A stretch of 64,000 bases of DNA, from the NCBI RefSeq assembly GCF_024521635.1, contig NW_026250412.1, positions 1,116,001 through 1,180,000 of the forward strand. The letters are read 5' to 3'. The position numbers and the translations under genes were made by a program. The stretch comes from Tricharina praecox (lineage: Eukaryota). Below, piece by piece: positions 59,801-64,000 of the stretch. Every line of letters begins with the position of its first letter. Within the stretch, counting starts at the first letter, position 1. The notes beneath the pieces are model-generated. The model did not search any database, was not told the DNA's origin, and saw only the letters and a list, made by a program, of their open reading frames with translations.

Positions 59801-61402
59801 CGAGCCATTTCATCTTTTTATAACTGCCGAAGGTGTCGACCGGGATAACGTTGCGTCCAAAGAAGCCAATCAACATATCCTCGTTGTTTGGACCGGTACA
59901 GCTACCAGTATCGTACTTGGAGTACCTCTCCAGCTTCCACTCGAAGCTGGCCCTGCTATACAGCATGCTGAAGTAAGGATTGGATCCAGCATCTATGTGC
60001 CAGGTTGCGGGTATGAACCGACAGTTCCGTCCGGGAAAGTCGAACTCGGTCTCGTTATCCGGCAGCGTTCGGATTACACCCTGGGTGCAGTCTAGCCGCG
60101 CCTCGTAGAGGATCGAGCTGCCGCGCCAGGTCTCTCCGACTCTGGGCGTGTGAGCCGACGCCGCCCCGCTCCCGTTCATCGCCTTGAACGGCAGAATCGC
60201 AATGCCCTCGTTCGAGAACGGCGGCAGCGTCCCGTTGAGATACTGGTTCGAAAACGCGATGTACGAGAACGCCGTCGAGAGCGTGTCCGGCTGCGATTCG
60301 GGTGTATAGATGCCCGCCCGCTCGATCGCGAAGGATCCGGTCCGGTTGACTGGGCGACGAGAGAGGATTGTGCTCATCACGGGCGTCACCCCGTAGAGGA
60401 TCGTGATGAGTATGAACGACGAAGATAGCACTACCCAGTGCCTACTTCTGTCAGTCGAGGATTCCGCCACCGAGAGAGAGGGAGAGTACATACCGCTTGC
60501 GTAGAGCGATGAACGGAGCGAATGCGGCGAAGCAGTACGGGTACTCGAGCAATAGTGAGTGCTCTGCCGTGACACCCCCGGGCTTCGATAACTGGAAGTA
60601 TGGTTCGAGCCTGGCAGCCACATCAGCACTGAACGATGAAGCGATCCCTTGAGTCCGACGTCTCTTGCAATCTCGTCTCCGTCTTCCGCAATCGCATATT
60701 GCAAAGACAATAAACAAATAGCTTTAGGCGCCCCAGCGACTACTCTAGCGGGGCAATGGTGGCCACCCCCCGCGTACCATGCCTATGAGCGAGTCGCCAA
60801 ACCCAACCCACGATCGATAGATCACTGAGTGGAAGTTTTAAATTGGATTGTGTGTGCGAAATGAAGCCACGCCCAGAATCGCAGCTCATGCGACAGACGG
60901 AGAAAGCCGGGACGTCCGGGAGAAAGATACGGCGTGATAAATACCTTTTAACATCGTGATCGATACTCGCCCAGAGCAGACCAAACAGGACCGCCACGAC
61001 CATAGGTCCATAATCGAGGAGATACGACGACTCTGAGAAGAGCAGTGCGCCGTCTCTCTTCGACCGCTGCAAAATGTACTCGAGCGCGCACAGCAGGCCG
61101 ACGGTGACGAGCGCGAAAAACAGTATGAACGGCGGCTTGATCGTGAACGGCCTCCAGCCGACCCTCGAAGCTTTCTTCTTCTTCTTCTTCCGCCCGCCAT
61201 CGTCCGTAGTCGATATCGACACCGGACTCGCCACTCGCGCGGATTTGTATTCGAACCCCTCATTCAGCAATGGATTCTGCGCCGCATCCGCAGGATGGAG
61301 CTGTGTCGTCGTCGTGGTCGCGTGACCGCTATTGTGGAAGTACTCGCCGTACGGCGCCGTCGCCGGCGGCGGCGTTGATGACTGCTGCACTGGTCGATAC
61401 AT
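56880..61402 (-). CDS. Large polytopic membrane protein with two DUF3433-like domains, ~1378 aa. Exons 61402-60945, 60610-60494, 60441-56880
   Basis: GWRPFTIK..YGPMVVAVLFGLLWASIDHDVKR|LEPYFQLSKPGGVTAEHSLLLEY and a second copy YAPTIAAT..LLFPFKHLTQGNASAKSTIAVNY. Exon lengths sum to 4137 nt, which is in frame. Confidence 0.85.
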
Positions 61403-63688
61403 GGTGGAACCGTGGAATTGAAGGTCCGAAGAACAATCGGGTCGCGAACTGCTGTCTTATAATCACCCGTGCGGAACACTGCGCATGGCTAATTTAAGCG
61501 CCTACCCACCCCTGCATTGGCAGGATCGGCGGAATCCCGCTTCTCGTCTCGCCTCACTACGGCTGCCTAATAATCTACTATATCTAAATACCTTTCAGGC
61601 CACGGGTTGAGCAACGCCTTATTGCCTAGGATGAAGGCCCGAAGCGTCAGATTAAGTGCTTTGACTTTGGCGTGGCGGTGCTTCCGGAGCTGCGTGGCGG
61701 CATTGCAAGCAGTGGTACCGTACATAGGTGGAATATGTAGAATAAGGCTCCCCTGCCCACCGGACAGTGATACCCATCGTTGCGGATCTTTTTTTCCCGG
61801 TCTTACATATCTCCATACCTACATACATACCGGTACTCGTACATAGGCCGCCTGAAAATCAAACCCCGCAGTGTGGATCACGAAATACTTGGCGTTCGAT
61901 GTGGAGCGATTCTATTCGTGGATGGCATTCTTCGTTGCGGCCCAGTCCTGGACCAGTCCATAGTGGGAATAGATTAGTTATTAAGGGTGGTAATTCGCTT
62001 GCCATACTTGATCCACAAGTTGTCACTCTCCGAAACACTGGTTAAAGTAGTCCCAGATAGGCCAGATATGTAGGTCAGGCATACCGATGCACGTCTAGCG
62101 AGCTATGAGACGTCGGAAATAACGGCACTGGAGTCGCGGCGGGATGTAGTCGGCCTGACGTGAATCACTGACACCAAATCAGACCTGTCCTCACCACAAA
62201 TACTACCGTAGTGAGGAGAGAGAGAGAGAGAGAGATCTTCAGTTTATTTCGTATAGTACAGTAGGGAGGATTTGGAGTGGCCCGCTGGTTGTTATTGCCG
62301 ACCGATTTGCGTACCTCGTATGTGGCTGATGTGGGCTGTGGCGCTCAGCTGTTTACATCACCGAATGTTACGATGGGTGAAACAACAGCCACGCACACAG
62401 TGTTGCGGAGGAAATCGGTACCTATACATACATTTGGGTGTGAGCCGTGGCGGAGAGTCGGGGGCTGTGTGCTCACTTCATACGCACCGTCGGGAAAGCC
62501 GTGGACACCGGGCGGAAGCTGGCTACTGCGGCAACCGTTCTATTAGACGACGAACCATCCCTCGGACCGATGCCGCGGGCGCAACCACAAAACCCAGACC
62601 CGCAAATAACTCTTCAAGGCTCAAGCAAGGAGGGAACCCTATGCGGCAAAGATAGCACCAGCACCCGTATCAGCATAAGCATAAGCATTAGTTAGTAAGC
62701 ACTTAGCGGACGATCGCTGCAGTCAAGCCTCCATCCTGGTCTGTCTATGTATATATCTAGCAACGACAGCTGTCGGCGGATGATATGTCGGACAGCGAAG
62801 AGTCGGGGATCCGAAACACAATTAGATAGCACGGATGAGAAAATGAAAGGCCACTGGCAGCGGACTAGGAAGGGGACCAGGAAGCGGAGAAGAGCAGGAA
62901 ACTCGAGAGAATCTCCTGCATTGAGAGCGATGGCCTGATGGGGGATACGGCATACCGGCGTCTCGGCGTCTCGCAAAGTCGCAACGCGTAGCGGATGGTC
63001 TGAACCTCGCTTAGTCTTTCTAGCTATGCTAGGGAAACGGTAGCATGATAACTTCCTGCAAATACATATGACCGTGAGTATGTAGCACATCCTTTATACG
63101 TCTCACCAGGTACACGGACAATTGACTGATGCGTACCTGAGGCTTCGCGACCTGAAACTCGGCAGGCACAACCCTGCATCCTACTCTACCGGCACCCCTG
63201 GTTTGACCGCAATTCTGTCGCCTTCCACAGTATCCAATATGAGGTGTACGGGTTGCTTTGCTATGGTTATTGAACGATTATGTAGAATGGTTGGGCACTC
63301 CGACACACAACCACCAGTACCTACAGTATGAAACGGAGGGATTACTGGTCGTTATCTGTAGACCCTTGTCTCGGTTGATCGAGTGAAGCTTACTCGTCTT
63401 TACATAAGCTTAAGAGCTCAATTGCTGATCCTAGCTAGCGACACCGTACCAAGACTCGAGCCTTCGAACTCAGAGTTCATCACTCGGCGATCAATATATT
63501 TTCTGTACACCATCGCGAACATTCTCCATTGTCATCCGCCGTCGCTTTTTAACCGTCTTTCAAGTTCGAGTTGAGTCCTGGAATTTATATCCGCAACCGT
63601 TTCTACAACTTTATATGACTCCACTTTCAGGCCGCAAACTTTACGGTAATTTCACATTCCTAGGGCCGTTACCTAGTATTCGGGATCC

Positions 63689-63759
63689 GTGGCTGCAGTT
63701 GGTCAGCACTCGTCTAGGTATCTGTGGCTGCAGTTGGTCAGCACTCGTCTAGGTATCTG
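63689..63759. repeat. 35-bp perfect tandem duplication
   Basis: gtggctgcagttggtcagcactcgtctaggtatct occurs twice. Confidence 0.9.
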
Positions 63760-64000
63760 GCCTCTGATCATTTCTTTTCGGAGATTGTCGCATCAGAACT
63801 CAGGTGCGGCTCAAGGTACCTACAATGTATGTAGGTAGCCTGGTAGGCTGCTTAAAATTTCCCGAACTCACCGGTATGTATCAGTAGGGTGTCACTCCGC
63901 TGTGTCGGGTTGCGGAGAGTTTTCCCGTGTTACTTGATTTGTGCTACATAACCAAAGTGCTCATTTCCAAACTCCATGCGGTGGTAGCGTGGGAGCACGA

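Noticed and set aside
61500-64000. ORFs of 60-130 aa at the window end
   Set aside because: No motifs or codon bias; treated as intergenic.

Overview
Eukaryotic DNA from a filamentous ascomycete. The short GT-AG introns with CTRAC branch sites show it is fungal, and gene content and LINE type suggest a Pezizomycete (inference). Conserved genes are TFIIIC subunit TFC4, a Dabb-domain gene, tRNA m1A58 methyltransferase TRM61, a class I chitin synthase and a DUF3433-type membrane protein. Accessory genes are an F-box/ankyrin gene, two decayed paralogues of a membrane+ankyrin family, four paralogous single-pass receptor-like proteins, an IRG/IIGP-like GTPase with a likely myristoylation site, and a tiny RING-like ORF. 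One ankyrin-family paralogue is broken by an exact, frame-preserving 600-bp internal inversion. A dispersed ~350-480-bp repeat with an internal tRNA-like (Pol III box A/B) module occurs about 10 times and is repeatedly fused at the same 3' point to LINE 3' fragments. The window also holds a MULE SWIM relic, a MITE, palindromes and many microsatellites. All homology calls are by motif recognition; no searches were run.
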